Source of the DNA: Coniocarpon cinnabarinum
Lineage: Eukaryota
Length of the DNA stretch: 58,422 nt
Direction of reading: 5' to 3'
Assembly: GCA_051942205.1 (NCBI GenBank)
Contig: JAVECO010000151.1
Coordinates: 1-58,422 of the forward strand
Part shown: positions 1 to 13,290 of the stretch, one piece after another
Position numbering within the stretch: the stretch's first letter is position 1
Layout of the letters: each line of letters starts with the position of its first letter
Translations under genes and position numbers: made by a program
The notes under the pieces: generated by a model
The model's input: only the letters and a program-made list of their open reading frames with translations
What the model was told of the DNA's origin: nothing
Database searches by the model: none

Positions 1-817
1 ATGGGGGTTGATGGGGGTGATGGGTCTGGAATATGGAGACGACGGATGTGGCTATTGGATGCGCGGCGTAGATAAGATGCGGGCTTGGAGAAAAGAGGAT
101 GCGGGAGGATGAAGAGGGATAGCGAAGACTGCAGCCGGGACGAGAAGAGCAGCAAGAAGTAGGTGTCAGTCACGACCTGCCTGAGTGCTGACGATCTGGA
201 GAGGCTCGGCACGCGGACCAACTTTGGCACAAGCGCAACACTCCCGTCCAGCGCCAGACCTAATCTAGGGAGCAGGCGGGACCCTGCCCACATAGCACCC
301 TCCCACAGCACCGCCGCACCTCCGCATCCCAACAGCCCAGCATCTCCCCAGTCCATTGCCGGCATCACGGCTCAGACGGCGGCCGAACCCTGTGCAGCAG
401 TGCACCAGTCCACGAATGAACACACCCAAGTCCGCGCTCACCCGGAAGGGTACATACAGCACGAGAAGCTGGGGTAAAGGGCATCTAAGGTAGCGACGTA
501 GGTAGATACCTAGTATGCACCTAGGTATGTGGGTCCACCGGCGCCTTGCCTCTTACGGCGTCGCCAAGCCCACATCTGTTCCGCGTTACTGCTGGAATCC
601 TCGAAGAGAAAAGGCGTGTCCGGGGATTCCGCTGAAACAAGTGGGAGAGACTGGAAACTATTGCGTTACTTGCGAGCGAAGGAAGAGCAAAGGGTTGGTC
701 TCATATGCCGCCTGGGAAAACGACTTATAGAGCTTCTCTTCGCGCCCCGAAAACATCCGGGCCTCGCAGAGTAGCAGCCCAGCCGCCAGACAGCCCAGCC
801 CCCGACTGAACGTGCTG

Positions 818-2281
818 ATGCACTACCTCATCCGATTTGCACAGGTGCATGAGTCCTTTCGGCTGCCCGAGCTGCAGGCTTTGGCCGCCTTGCAAGGGTT
901 GGACGAGCGTCTGGAGATCGTCTACTACAATCCCCAACGACCGCACTGCATCGTAGACCTGCCTTCGGAGAGCGTAGCTAGGACGCTTGTGAAGCGCTCC
1001 ATTTTGTGCCAGAGTGTTCACGAGCTGTGGGGAGCGGGCGTCGACGGCGATGCCCTGCGAGCCGACGCTCGACGACGCACCGCGCATCTTGACTGTGCCC
1101 AGTATCGCACCCACTCCTTTCGTTTCGACTTTGACAGCTTTCAGGGCAAGTGCAGCAGTGACAGAAAGCGTCAATGGGTCGAGTCCTTCAGCTTCCTGGA
1201 GCTGGATGGGCCGATCCAGATGGCGCATGCTCAGCTCGTCTTAACCGTGTTTGAATACTTTACGTTGCACTCTGATACTCCGAATATGTTGTATCTGGGC
1301 AGATGGCTTGGTGACAGTGGCCGCGATGCCATTGTGAAGTACGATCTGAAGAAGAGGCGCTACTTAGGTCTAACGTCAATGGACGCAGAACTCTCATTGG
1401 TGACCGCCAATTTGGCGCACGCCCGCCCCGGTGCGGTGTTTTATGATCCATTCGTGGGCACGGGAAGCTTCGCGGTCACTGCGGCTCACTTCGGTGCCAC
1501 AGTCGTCGGCAGTGACATCGATGGTCGCACCATCCGCGGCTCTCGTACCCAAAACCATCTTAGCAATTACGAACAGTATCATCTTCTGCCTTGTTTCCTG
1601 GATAATTTCATCGCTGACCTTACCCACGCCCCTCTGCGTGCTTTGCCATGGCTCAACGGCATCATTTGTGATCCTCCTTACGGCGTTCGGGAGGGGCCCC
1701 GCGTCCTAGGTTATCGTGAGAAGGATAAGGTCACCACGCCTATCCTCATTGACGGGGTAGAGGCTCACATGTCAGTTGCAGCAATCTTTTGCCCTCCGCT
1801 CCGAGCTGACAGACGGTCATAGGAGGCCTGGCTATATACCTCCGAAAAAGCCCTATGGCTTCGATGACATGCTCGAGGACGTTCTGGAATTTGCGGTAAT
1901 CATGCTAGTTCCAAACGGTCGGTTGGCCATCTGGATGCCGACCGCTAACGAAGACGATGTCGAGTGGGCAATTCCAACTAATCCGGGCTTGCGCTTACTA
2001 AGTGCTTGCGTGCAGCAATTCAACAAGTGTAAGTGCCACTTATGCTCCTCATAGTATTTGCCTTGACCTACCTGCAGGGTCGCGGCGTCTTCTAACATAT
2101 ACCCGAATACCGTCAAAGAGCGTCGAAGAATGTGTGCCAGAAAAATCCCGTGTCAGAGCTCAAGGCAATGCAAACGATTTGAATCAGTTCCGAAGGAAGG
2201 TCGGTGTAAGCCCCTCCTGTTCCTCCTTGTTTCCCATTGACGCAGTCGTAGTATTTCCAAGGCTTCCGCGAATCGAAATGA
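818..2281 (+). CDS. TRM11: tRNA (guanine-10-N2)-methyltransferase catalytic subunit; exons 818-1770, 1823-2028, 2078-2199, 2252-2281
   Basis: N-terminus HYLIRFAQVHESFRLPEL, YDLKKRRYLGLTSMDAELSL, SAM-binding YDPFVGTGSF, catalytic DPPYGVREG. Three GT-AG introns join in frame (RPGYIPPKKPY, KWSRRLLTY, FRRKYFQGF). Confidence 0.93.
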
Positions 2282-2302
2282 TAGTTTGTAGAGCTCGCAA
2301 TA

Positions 2303-2926
2303 TCACAGCTTGCCCAACAGTCGGGATGCCACGGCGTCCTCTTGAGCTAGGGTCTTTAGCTCGGACTCTATTTCTTTCCTGATTCTAGGTGCGAGCAAAG
2401 CTGCGTCCTCATCGTCGAGATCCGCCCGCTGGCCTTTCCCAAACATTGCCCAACTTCTCGCCATGATCTCCGGCTGGCTTGCGCGTGGAATTATGTGATA
2501 ATGCACATGAGGAACAACTTGCGCGGCGGCGGCTCCTGTATGTGTGATTCAATGTAGGAAATTAACAGAGCAAAGGACGTGTTGTTGTAACAGCATACCA
2601 TTGTTTTGCACCACGTTCCAGTCGCCATCCGCGTGGCCAAGAGTTTTCATCACAGCTCGGCAAACAATGGGAAGCCATGCCCCTAGGGATGCCCCTTCAC
2701 TACCTCTGAGGTCTTTCAACTTGCTTCGGTGGTTCCTAGGTATCACGAGCACGTGGCCGCGCTCGATTGGCATGATATCCAGGAACGCCATGACAGTCTC
2801 TGTGGATAACAACAGGTAGCAGTTGGTGGACAGGGCCTCCGGATCTGGATTGGTAGGAGTGGCCGATGACTCGGCAGGATATGTGCTTGCAATAGCGCAA
2901 AATGGACAAGGCGCCTTGTATGCCAT
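2303..2926 (-). CDS. HIT (histidine triad) family nucleotide hydrolase, HINT-like; exons 2926-2599, 2535-2303
   Basis: CPFC, AFLDIMPIERGHVLVIP. Splicing intron 2598-2536 gives NVVQNNGAAAAQVVPHVHYHIIP (HxHxH triad). Confidence 0.9.
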
Positions 2927-3239
2927 TTCAGGAAAACAAGTAGAGCTAACAAAGAGTCTGTAATGAACACGCCGAGCTTGCGAATGCTACAAGCACGCAG
3001 AGACAAACTGACACTCGTTTAATTTGTATGATGGGGTCTTTAGCTCGCGCGGAGATAGATAATCAATCGGAGATAATGCTGCGCCAATGATCAAGCACCT
3101 CCAGCGCTATCACAACGCGTCGTGCGCGTAGATCAACAAATCAGGTGACTTACAAAGCCAATCAGAATAAACACTTGACAGCATTCCTCAACGCCAGGAA
3201 TCACACGTATGGTGCTGTATGCTCTAGAGAATCGGTCAG

Positions 3240-4859
3240 ATGGATAACTCATCCAATCACGGTCGAATGATAGAATTTCATGGTGATCCCTCATTAGACG
3301 AGCCATTGCATGAGGAGGAATATTACGAAGAAGCACAAGACACCGAGCAAGATTCTGACTCGGAGTCCCTATTAGCAGACATCCTGCATGGCGCGCTGAC
3401 TGGGCAGGAAACGTCAGGTATGGCATAATTCCGAATCTTATTTCAGGCAGCAGCTTGTTGGCATCTCAGGCATTGACAATGCTCAGCAGTGGATGGGATT
3501 CCAAGCGACGAAGCCTTGGAGCTGCGAAAGCAATTACGGAATCTTGGTCCAAATAAATTCATTTTCAATAATCTGACTTCTGGTCGCTATTCAGCGAAGC
3601 GCCTCCTGAGCGCATTCGGCATTAACCCGCCTGAATTCTTTTGTGATCGCCCAGACTCTGGTTACTATCAGCTTTTAGGCGCTGCGCTTCTGCAAGAGCT
3701 ATCCACGCGGCACAAGCTCCCACAGTACAACACAATCGAGGATGCAGTCGAGCTCATTAGGACTCGTCAAAATATTATGGTGATCACCGGTGCTGGTGTA
3801 TGCTTCCAAATTTCCCTATTGCTTCCGAATCGGCACCTCAAATTGCTAAATCAACCCCTGCTAATGATGATGTAGATCTCAACAAACCTGGGTGTTCCCG
3901 ATTTTCGCTCCAAGAATACGGGCTTTTATGATCAAATGCGTGAGAAGGGATTTGATTCACCCGAAGACATATTCGACCTCCACACGTTCCGCGAGGATCC
4001 ATCAATTTTCTACTCAAACTCATCAGCAACGCTGCCTGAGCCATCCAAATCAACGCCAACTCATGCATTCATCAAACTACTTGATAGTAAGGGTAAGTTA
4101 CTCACCAACTATACGCAAAACATAGACAACGTCGAGGGCAATGTCGGCCTGTCCAAAAATAAACTGATTCAGTGTCACGGTAGCTGGGCCTCATTTACGT
4201 GCCAAACGTGCGGCTACAAGACAGATGGACAGAAATACTACCAACAAATAAAAGCCAAGAGCGTGGTGTATTGCGATGCGTGCCGACCTCCTTCAAGACC
4301 TTCCAAACGTAAACGCAGCTCTCATAGTACTAGCCGTCCGCGTCAAGGGAGCCCGGACACCAGCGACGATGAATATGGATCTACTACAATAGGGACATTT
4401 GAGCCTGGGGTCATGAAGCCGGACATTACTTTCTTTCACGAAAAGCTCCCCGATACCTTTTTTGATCGCTTCAAGAAGCGTGACAAAGACATTGTTGACT
4501 TGATCGTTGTGATCGGAACCAGCATGAGTGTGAGCCCGGTCTCTGAAATACCTATGGCTGTGTCGCCGGACGTGCCTCAGATTATCATTAGCAGGGAAAA
4601 AGTCAGACATGTCAATTTTGATGTGACTCTGCTGGGCGATTGCGACCTAATCACAGAGGAACTGGCTAAGCGGCTCAGCTGGGCCTTCGAGCATCCTATG
4701 CTGAGGCGGAGAGAGGTGGAACTGGTCGAGCTGGATCATGCTGCAGCTATATGGAAGATTCATGAGCAGGGCCAGGATGCTGCTCATAGTATTACACACA
4801 AAGAGAAAGAAGATCTAGATCAGAAAGAGAGTCCAGAGCTCGAGAAAAACACTGTCTAA
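3240..4859 (+). CDS. SIR2: NAD-dependent histone deacetylase, Sir2/Hst1 class I sirtuin; exons 3240-3417, 3487(or 3490)-3797, 3876-4859
   Basis: Spliced GAGISTNLGVPDFRS, YTQNID, catalytic QCHGS, zinc ligands CQTC/CDAC, KPDITFF, GTSMSVSPV. Intron 1 has a tandem in-frame CAGCAG acceptor. Confidence 0.9.
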
Positions 4860-6540
4860 GGCATAGTATGAAGGGACATCCATGCACTATAGATGTGCGA
4901 GAGTTCAGCAAGGCGCTCATAAGGCTGCACACCATAAGCTACAATGGTTGGCTTGATGTGCTTGCGTTGACAGGTGAATCATATTTATATACCCAGGGCG
5001 CAAACAGGTGGGCAGGAGTCCAATTATGCACAGGCATAAAAGCAATGATCACAGCAGTTTGTACGCTCAAAACTTACTGGGGAAATGTGCCTCCTCTACC
5101 AATATCCCAGCGTCGAGGCTGAGGGGGTCTTCCGGTCAATGCAGGAGCACGCACTCCGTATGTTAGAAGAGCGGCAAGACATTGTTTGAGCGGAGTAACC
5201 TCTGCTGACAGTGCGAGCAGTGGGACTCGCAACAACCGAAGCTGGCTGCTAAAACACCTCGCTGCGGGCTCGATCCCTCCTTGCACACTTCTGACCCCCT
5301 ACACATACATTGAGGGATCTCTTGAAGGGTCAAGCTTTCGTGCGGTATCTCGGCTCTTTTAAGTTACAGCCGCAGAATGTGATCCAAGTTCAGCGGCGGC
5401 TCCTACATGGACTCACTCGATTTGCAAGTGAGGATGCGTATACTCAAGTCGCCTTCAGAGAGAATAGCGATGGTATCACGGCGTATGTCATAATGAAGAC
5501 TTATTAGTGTTCCTCATCATACAGGAGCTGCTCGACAGTGCTCTACTGAACCCGCTTTACAGCGAATACCCACACTCATGTTCAGACTCATATACAGGCG
5601 AAACTACTTCTCTCACTTGTGAAGACAGCAGATCAATGTCTCGTGCAGCATTGAAATGCAACAGATTAGGTCTCGAATGGACAAGGTATGGCTAGATTTG
5701 CTGTCGTGGGCGACCACTCAAGTCTTCTCGAGCCCTGAGGTCTTACTGCTTTCATTGGGAATCTGCTGTACCCAGCAAGTGAAGCTCTCGAACAGAACAC
5801 TGGGCCAGAGATGCCAGCAGGCGTGGAAGACACGAAAGAAATGATCGTGTGGGCTAGATCTTATGGCCAACTACACACTCATGCCAAGGTATCTGGGAAT
5901 GGTGGAAAGGGACATGAAGGTTTAATGGGAACTTTGCATGATCGCATGCTGGTCATGAAGACTGTATCTGCGTCATACCCAAGACAGAGCAGGCTGAAGA
6001 CGCATTGACCGTTTACATTACCAGCTGCCTGTCTGGTCGCGTCTTCCCTTCCTGCTGAGTATGTTGTTGGTCAATAGGTAGCTAGCAACAGTGGATTAAG
6101 AGATACAATTCACACTCAAGATGATGTCGGTCTTGGTAGACCTGCTTCGGCTTGGAAGGGGCAGGCAGGAGCGAGAAAACCGGAGACCCGATACCACTAG
6201 AAGATGATTAAAAAGACCAAAGCTGCATGTTGCTCGTCATTCCCTTAACACACAAGATCGTGACAGTACACAATGCGCTCCCAGCGCCAGAGGAAGTCGA
6301 CCATCGACTAGCAACTCCGCATTCCTCTTTGGGAACACCTGAATTCTATGTTCGCAGCGTTTCCCAACATGGGAAAGTGCTGTTTACAAGAGCAAAAGGG
6401 GAAAGGATAATGTGTGTTTTCGGCGATGTAGCGACAAGGGGCTTGGATGATGCCGAAAGGTTCACAAGCCAGAGACGCGGACGTTGGCTTGGCGATGGCT
6501 TGGTTCCAGGACGATCTTTCTGTATATGCGATTGACGGAT

Positions 6541-7300
<760 letters not shown>

Positions 7301-8123
7301 CTTGACGAAGGATTCGACTCAGATGGATTCGCGTAGGATTAGTACGGGGCAGTGGTCGCGATGCAAGCCGTGAGATGGCGAAGAATCTGGCACACCCTCA
7401 AAGTCAGCGACAATTGCACAAACGATTGAGTATCTCGAAGAGGAGTGGGAAAGCTGGATGAGGGCCAAACCAGGCCATTGAGCTGGTGCACAAAGCAACT
7501 TGGGAGAATACTCGCAAGGGGAACGGCGGCTGTCGTGGTAGATCCGAGGCGATGCAGGAGACTTGGACACTTACCCGCTCGATGAGAGATGGACGGAGGA
7601 ATCCAACCAGAGGCACAATGGGTGGTGAGCGTGGACGGGGTCGACAAACGAAACTTTTGCCCGGCCTGCGTGAGCGACTTCTGCACTTGGCGCGGGAGAA
7701 ACAAGGCTTGGCACGGCTTACGTAACAGACCGCGCCCCGTTTAACAACAGGGCAGAAACGATGACTGTTCGCCAAAGTCCTCGCGACCAGCGTCGTGAGC
7801 ACACAAGCAGGTTTGAAAGACCGGAAGAAGCTGCACGGAACACAGAGAACAGCAGGGGCTGTTGCCTAAATGTGTTGTAAAGTACTCCAAACAACTTAGG
7901 CATCGACATTTCTACACCACAGGGTCATCTTAACAAATCAAGAACTCGGAGCAATCCGTGTCGATACTTGTGCAGGATTATGCTGTGGCTCCAATCAGCG
8001 CCGGCACAGCAGCTGATTTTCAATAGACAGACTTATCGTTCACGACACATCCCTGCCTGACGCAGCTAGAAAGACCCTCTGGATCTTGCTAAATCTCCTC
8101 GTTTCAGGTGCTGGCAGGATCGT

Positions 8124-9041
8124 TCAACTGGGAATTGTTGTTGACATTGTTTGCTCCTGCGGCATTGCAGCGGAAGTCGATGCCTTTGTACACCGTCCAA
8201 CAATTAGTGAATGCGATCCGTGGCAAAGCATGGGTCCGAGAATTCTTGTCTTGCTGGCCTCGCAATCTCGGTTACAGCAGTGTGAGGGTAACTGCTGACA
8301 TTTCACGAGATCAATACTATCCTGTGCTCCCATTATTACGGCAATCTCCAAAACAACGGCGGGGAAGATTATTGGATCTGGTGATGGATAAACATAACGG
8401 CACCCGTAAATGAGACGATCATCGCTCAAGAGCTCAGAGTCAGGATAGCGCCCTCGACCATTGGGAGCCCTTCCTCCCCGCCCTGAAGCACGCGATTTAT
8501 GTGTCAGAATGTCGCGGATGCAAGAACCAGTACTTACGAAGTGTCCGCGAGGATAGTTCAATCCTTGGTTGACGTCCGCGTTCGAGTATGCCAGAACATA
8601 GTTGGTAAGGATTGCCTGTTGCTGGAAGCTTGTCACGGTGGACCGATTGCCAAGGTGCAGTCCGTCTGGCTCGGACTGGTCTTGACGAAATCGTCATCAG
8701 CTCCGAAATAACCTGTGAGTATCTCCACTCACCGAGAAGCCATTTAGAACAACGTCGTTCTAGACGTTCGGCAGTCACTATTAAGTTTGAGTAGGGCCAA
8801 GTAGGTGGCCGACATGAACCACTCTTTCGTGAGTATCGCACATTCATGATGAGAAGATGTCATCGATGAATAGCTGCGTCATTACCCCTAAGCCTTGAGC
8901 ATCGAAGAACAAGTTGGCGTCAGATGTGCAACGCGGAGCTTTAGATTCCTCATATGGGCTCATAACTGTATTCAAATTTATTGTTGTAGCCTTGCCGGCC
9001 CTGGAACAGGAAAAGCTCGGTATAAAGCATCTGAGCTTCAT
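8124..9041 (-). pseudogene. Possible degenerate remnant of a fungal PD-(D/E)XK-like (Uma2-related) hypothetical gene
   Basis: ORF 8124-8636 contains STGS...GRYPDSELLSD...FPAVVLEIAV, resembling the G.Y..S.KEPD...P..V.E.G.SE pattern I recall for this fungal family. Flanking frames are broken and no clean gene model was found. Confidence 0.3.
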
Positions 9042-10219
9042 CTATTGGGAACTGCAGTCAGTGCCGCATTCATGCACATACGCGCTGGTGTGTCTGGTTC
9101 TGTGCGGATATCATTTATACGCTCGTCTACACTCATATTAGGCTTCGAGAATGTTACTTTCCCTAGAGCTTCCTGAGGGTGTGGACATCAGCCCATCGCA
9201 TACTTCAAGCGACTGTATCGTCTCACCAATGCCGTGAATGATGCGGCAAGACTACCAAAGACTGCGTTTCATAAAGTGTCAAACTAAGAAGCACGGTTGT
9301 GTTCTTGTATTTTTATCTCGTAAGAGCAAAACTAACAAGCGCGTAATGGTATACAAGGTTAAGAAAAATCAGGTGCACAACTGCTTCGTTCTGGTGTTGA
9401 CCGACTTCACGTGAATCCACCTTCAAGCAGCAAAATTCTGGCAAAAGGAAGAAGCGCGCAAATACCGGATGGCGTTCAGTATTAGAAGATGTAGCGAAAT
9501 ACGGATCTACTATAAAGATTTTTGGTAGGGCAAGCCGAGTGCTCGTGGATGAAACCCTCACACACACAGAGCACACGTCGAGGGGTGTCCGGCAGAACAG
9601 CTGAATCAGAGACCCCTACTTGATGTACTAAGAGACGAGATACGTGGCTCCAGTTTCTGAGTCGGAGACTTTCGGCGATACAGGTACGGTTATGTTCGGA
9701 CGCAAGTGATGTCGCAAGTGCACCACCGGTGTGGGTCGCGCGATACAGAGAAGGGGGAGAAGTTCTGACGAAGTCCTGATCATCGACTTCTGGATGGAGC
9801 CAAAGCGCAAAAGCTCCTCGACGACAACTTTCAGGAGGCAAAGACCGTCTTTCACATAGACAGAACCGAGTCTGACTAGGGCAGGGACATGGACCGCTCA
9901 TCTGCTCAATAGCAACAGCACACGCACTTACCTTGGGTTACCTTCAATGTTCTTCGCCTGCGACTCAAGTTAGGCTTGCAACGCCGCAGTGACTATCCAG
10001 TCACGCTACGTATTTTATGTGAGAGCTGAGCCGCAGGGCATCGATGTTGACAGCAGAGTCTAGTTTGAAAGCATCAACATGTCCCATATCAAAGGAATGA
10101 TTGAATGTGATCACAGAAGCTCAACGTGTCATGCAGTGTATGTAGTATTGCTGCAAGCTTTGATGACTCTATTGTCACTCGTGCTAAGTGCTCCTGAACA
10201 AGGGATTATCTTGTTGTAG

Positions 10220-11962
10220 TTACACTTTCAGCACGGCGTGGATGAGTTGTCCCTCATTGGGTAACAACTTGTCAGCATCTGGCAGATCTCTCCATTCGTG
10301 TTCCATGCGAGCTTTGTATTCTCTCTGCGCATCTTCGTCATCCAAAAGTCCCCTTGCATGCCCCTGGCTCACCATGTGGCGGCGCATCTGATCCCAGCGC
10401 TTCATCCGCGCTCCACATCCCTCTTCCGGACAGCGAAACATGCCAATGAAGTGGATTTTCCGGTGCTTACTCAAGTTGCTGCTATCTGCAAAGCCTTCCC
10501 CACAGATCTGACAAATATGAGGCTTGCGGCCGCTGTGCACCACCATGTGAGTTTTCAGCTCCGTAGATGTAGCAAAGATCTTGCTGCAGCCGTCAACTTC
10601 GCAACAGTATGGTCTCTCGCCAGTGTGCGTCCGCTCGTGCTTCTCAAGCGCGTCCTTTGTCTTCATAGACATGCCACATGTCTTACAACTGAAGGGTTTA
10701 TGCATGGTGTGCGTATGGACATGACGCTTGAGTTTAGGTCGAGCAGCAAATGCAGCTGGCGCACTGCTTTCGGAGTGCCGTGTACAGCCCAGCCAGTGGC
10801 ACTGAAAAGATTCGCTTCGAGCGACTGAGTGATCTTTCGCAAGAGTAGAGATATGCTCCTGCTCCACGTGTGCATGTAGATCAGCCGCATTGTCAAAGGC
10901 CTTACCACATGGCATCATGCCGACTTCGTTGCTGACCACCCACAAACACAAGTTAGAATGACTGTGGTGACCGATAGAAGGTGCGCCAGAGTCAGCACTG
11001 GTCAGCCTTCGCGAAATCGTTGTTGCTATAGTTGAGGGCGTTGCGGTCAAGCTATGGCTCAGCAGCGGTGGCGAAGACTCCATCTTGGGTGATCGCACGT
11101 CGTATGAAGCAGCGGAGTACGGGCCATGGCTCCAGTCTAGGACCGGCTGCAATATACGTGCATCCGCATGATGCTGTCCAAGGTCGCGGTCGTGGGATGT
11201 CGAACCTGCTGGGAAAGATCCCTGCGAGTTTGGCGGGGCATAGTTGATGGGAAGAACATCGCCAACTCCTTGCTGGTGAGTTGCGTCGCTGTAACAGTGG
11301 CCACCATAAGAGAAGTAGTCATTCAGGCCGTGATGCTTGTGTCTGGCAGGCGCGTATTCAGACGAAAGGCATCGAGGATCAATGCAAGGCGTTCCAGGAA
11401 TGTTGCATGAAGAAGACCGACAGATAGCTTCATGACCGACCTGGAAATGTTTAATACCTTGAGGTGCGGCTTGATAATGACCCGCAGAAACACAAGTGTC
11501 TTCATAGGGGGGCAAGCTGCAATCTTGGCTGCAACATGGTGATGCGCAACGTGTTGCCGTCTCGCAATCTTCTTGACATATGTCTTGGGCGTCGCACGTC
11601 TCATCGTAGCAAATGTTGCCATAGCACAGCTGTGGATCCAAACAGGATGCCAGATTGGCATTGCATGGCTGCACGTTTTCACATTCGGGGTTGCTGCACT
11701 GCGGAAGATCAGTGCAATCTCCAATACTATCCCACTGCAAGATGCTGGGGTCCTCCAGGTGCTCGACTTCGTGAGGCCAGATAGAGGAGTCAAGAGGCGA
11801 GGGTAGCAGTGAGTTTGTGAATTGTTGTGCGCCGGCTGAAGCTTGGTGTACTACCGGTCGTGTTTTCGTAGACTCTGACTGGCTCGTGGCGTGACGAACA
11901 GTCTGTTCCTCCCGCTTTCTCTTCAACCCGGTAACAGCATTAGCGTGCTGAGAAAGAGACAT
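10220..11962 (-). CDS. C2H2 zinc-finger transcription factor, Zap1/ZafA-like, with Cys-rich N-terminal region
   Basis: Two tandem CW-type fingers (CLW...CG..F....L..H....H; CHWLGC...H...H) followed by classical fingers with HTGERPY and HSGRKPH linkers. First ATG at 11962. Confidence 0.85.
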   Translation of the reverse strand: MSLSQHANAVTGLKRKREEQTVRHATSQSESTKTRPVVHQASAGAQQFTNSLLPSPLDSSIWPHEVEHLEDPSILQWDSIGDCTDLPQCSNPECENVQPCNANLASCLDPQLCYGNICYDETCDAQDICQEDCETATRCASPCCSQDCSLPPYEDTCVSAGHYQAAPQGIKHFQVGHEAICRSSSCNIPGTPCIDPRCLSSEYAPARHKHHGLNDYFSYGGHCYSDATHQQGVGDVLPINYAPPNSQGSFPAGSTSHDRDLGQHHADARILQPVLDWSHGPYSAASYDVRSPKMESSPPLLSHSLTATPSTIATTISRRLTSADSGAPSIGHHSHSNLCLWVVSNEVGMMPCGKAFDNAADLHAHVEQEHISTLAKDHSVARSESFQCHWLGCTRHSESSAPAAFAARPKLKRHVHTHTMHKPFSCKTCGMSMKTKDALEKHERTHTGERPYCCEVDGCSKIFATSTELKTHMVVHSGRKPHICQICGEGFADSSNLSKHRKIHFIGMFRCPEEGCGARMKRWDQMRRHMVSQGHARGLLDDEDAQREYKARMEHEWRDLPDADKLLPNEGQLIHAVLKV

Positions 11963-12614
11963 TAGAGACACCCTTGAGAAAGGTGTATGTAGTGCCTCGA
12001 AGGCTACCGTTACCTACGCATCAGCCTACAGGCTTCTAAAGGCTGCAGCGATGGCGCAATGCGGCAATGCAAAGGATTTACGGCTGGCTTGTGCCCGTGA
12101 TTTTTCGCAATCAATGGCGCAAGAGCCTCTAACAAAGTTTGTGATGTCGCGACTGCATGCAACGGGTACTCATAGAGGGCCAGATTTCCCACCGGATCCT
12201 GTAGATTACGCGTTTTTAGCAGCACTTCCATCGGTTGCCCTGCCGAAGACTGACATCGTCCGGTCACCTACCCACCACCTACTGAATGCACTATTTGTCT
12301 GCTCCAGGCAAAACCCAGTCCCGATCTATTCGTAATCTAGACTTAGTGGCCAAGATCTTCCCGTCCTGTGTGGGTTTCTGAACAGGAGAACTCACCCCGC
12401 ATCGGCGGGACTCTATCCTGCGCTTGCCATAGCATCTGACTACCTCCTAGATTGAAATCCAACACCATCGTCCAATGAAAAGTAGACACTGACCTTGCTA
12501 GAATTTACCCTGGAATTTCTCTATTCGCGTCTCTTTTCCAAGGTAGTGCGAAACCCTCCAGGCACGTTCCCTTGCATCTTGCACAACCCACAGGCAGAAG
12601 CGAACCACCCTATC

Positions 12615-13290
12615 ATGGGTAACTGCTTCAGCTCACACAGTGATGACGACGTCCAACCCACTGGCCGTGGCAGTAACTTCCAAGGTCAGGGAAAAGTCTT
12701 AGGGGCTGCATCTTCGCCATCAGTAGGGCAGCCACAACGACGCATAGGATCAGCTGCGACGCCGTCGCCACTACAACCCAACGAGAGAGTTGGATCTCAA
12801 ATCGTGTCTCCGGGACAGCCGGAGCCTCGCGTCGGATCAGCTACACCATCAGGACCGCTGCAGCCTCAAGCAAATTTTTCTTCATCGGCGACTCCTTCAT
12901 CGAACATGGGTCAAGGGTCCAGCAATCCCATGGAAGCCCAAGAGAGCCCGGCGGGTCAGGAAATGCCTTCGACTACAAGGACAGGAGACAAAGAAAACCC
13001 CAGCACTCGCCAAAGCGTTACATCGTCGCAACAGAAGACAGGCAGAGAAGATTCGCAAGCGTTGCGGGATGCTCGGTTGGTATGTTTTGCATTTTGAAGC
13101 TCCGAGGGAGTGCGTATTAATGTTGGCATGACAGGCCAGATTCAACGATCAGAAACCTAAGGGCTCTTTGGGGCAAAAGCTAGACGCACAGAAGAGGAGG
13201 ACAACTGCGGACGACCTCCAAGCAGCAAGTAGCGAAGTGCGAGGACAACGAACACAAGATGAAACCGCCGAAGCAATGAATTATAATTGA
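12615..13290 (+). CDS. Small, probably N-myristoylated/palmitoylated protein (MGNCFS); exons 12615-13079, 13135-13290
   Basis: MGNC lipidation motif, QGQGKVLG, canonical intron 13080-13134, C-terminal KGSLGQKLDAQKRRT...AASSEVRGQR...NYN resembling a conserved fungal small-protein family. Confidence 0.75.

Noticed and set aside
1..800. Short ORFs at 163-477, 265-462 and 515-774
   Set aside because: No recognisable motifs and low-complexity composition; more likely the promoter or UTR shared by TRM11 and a gene outside the window.
4860..6540. 1.7-kb gap between SIR2 and ARF1 as a possible gene or telomerase RNA
   Set aside because: Only 60-100 aa ORFs without motifs and no TAACCCTAA-type template seen; part of it is the ARF1 3' UTR. 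A decayed gene cannot be excluded.
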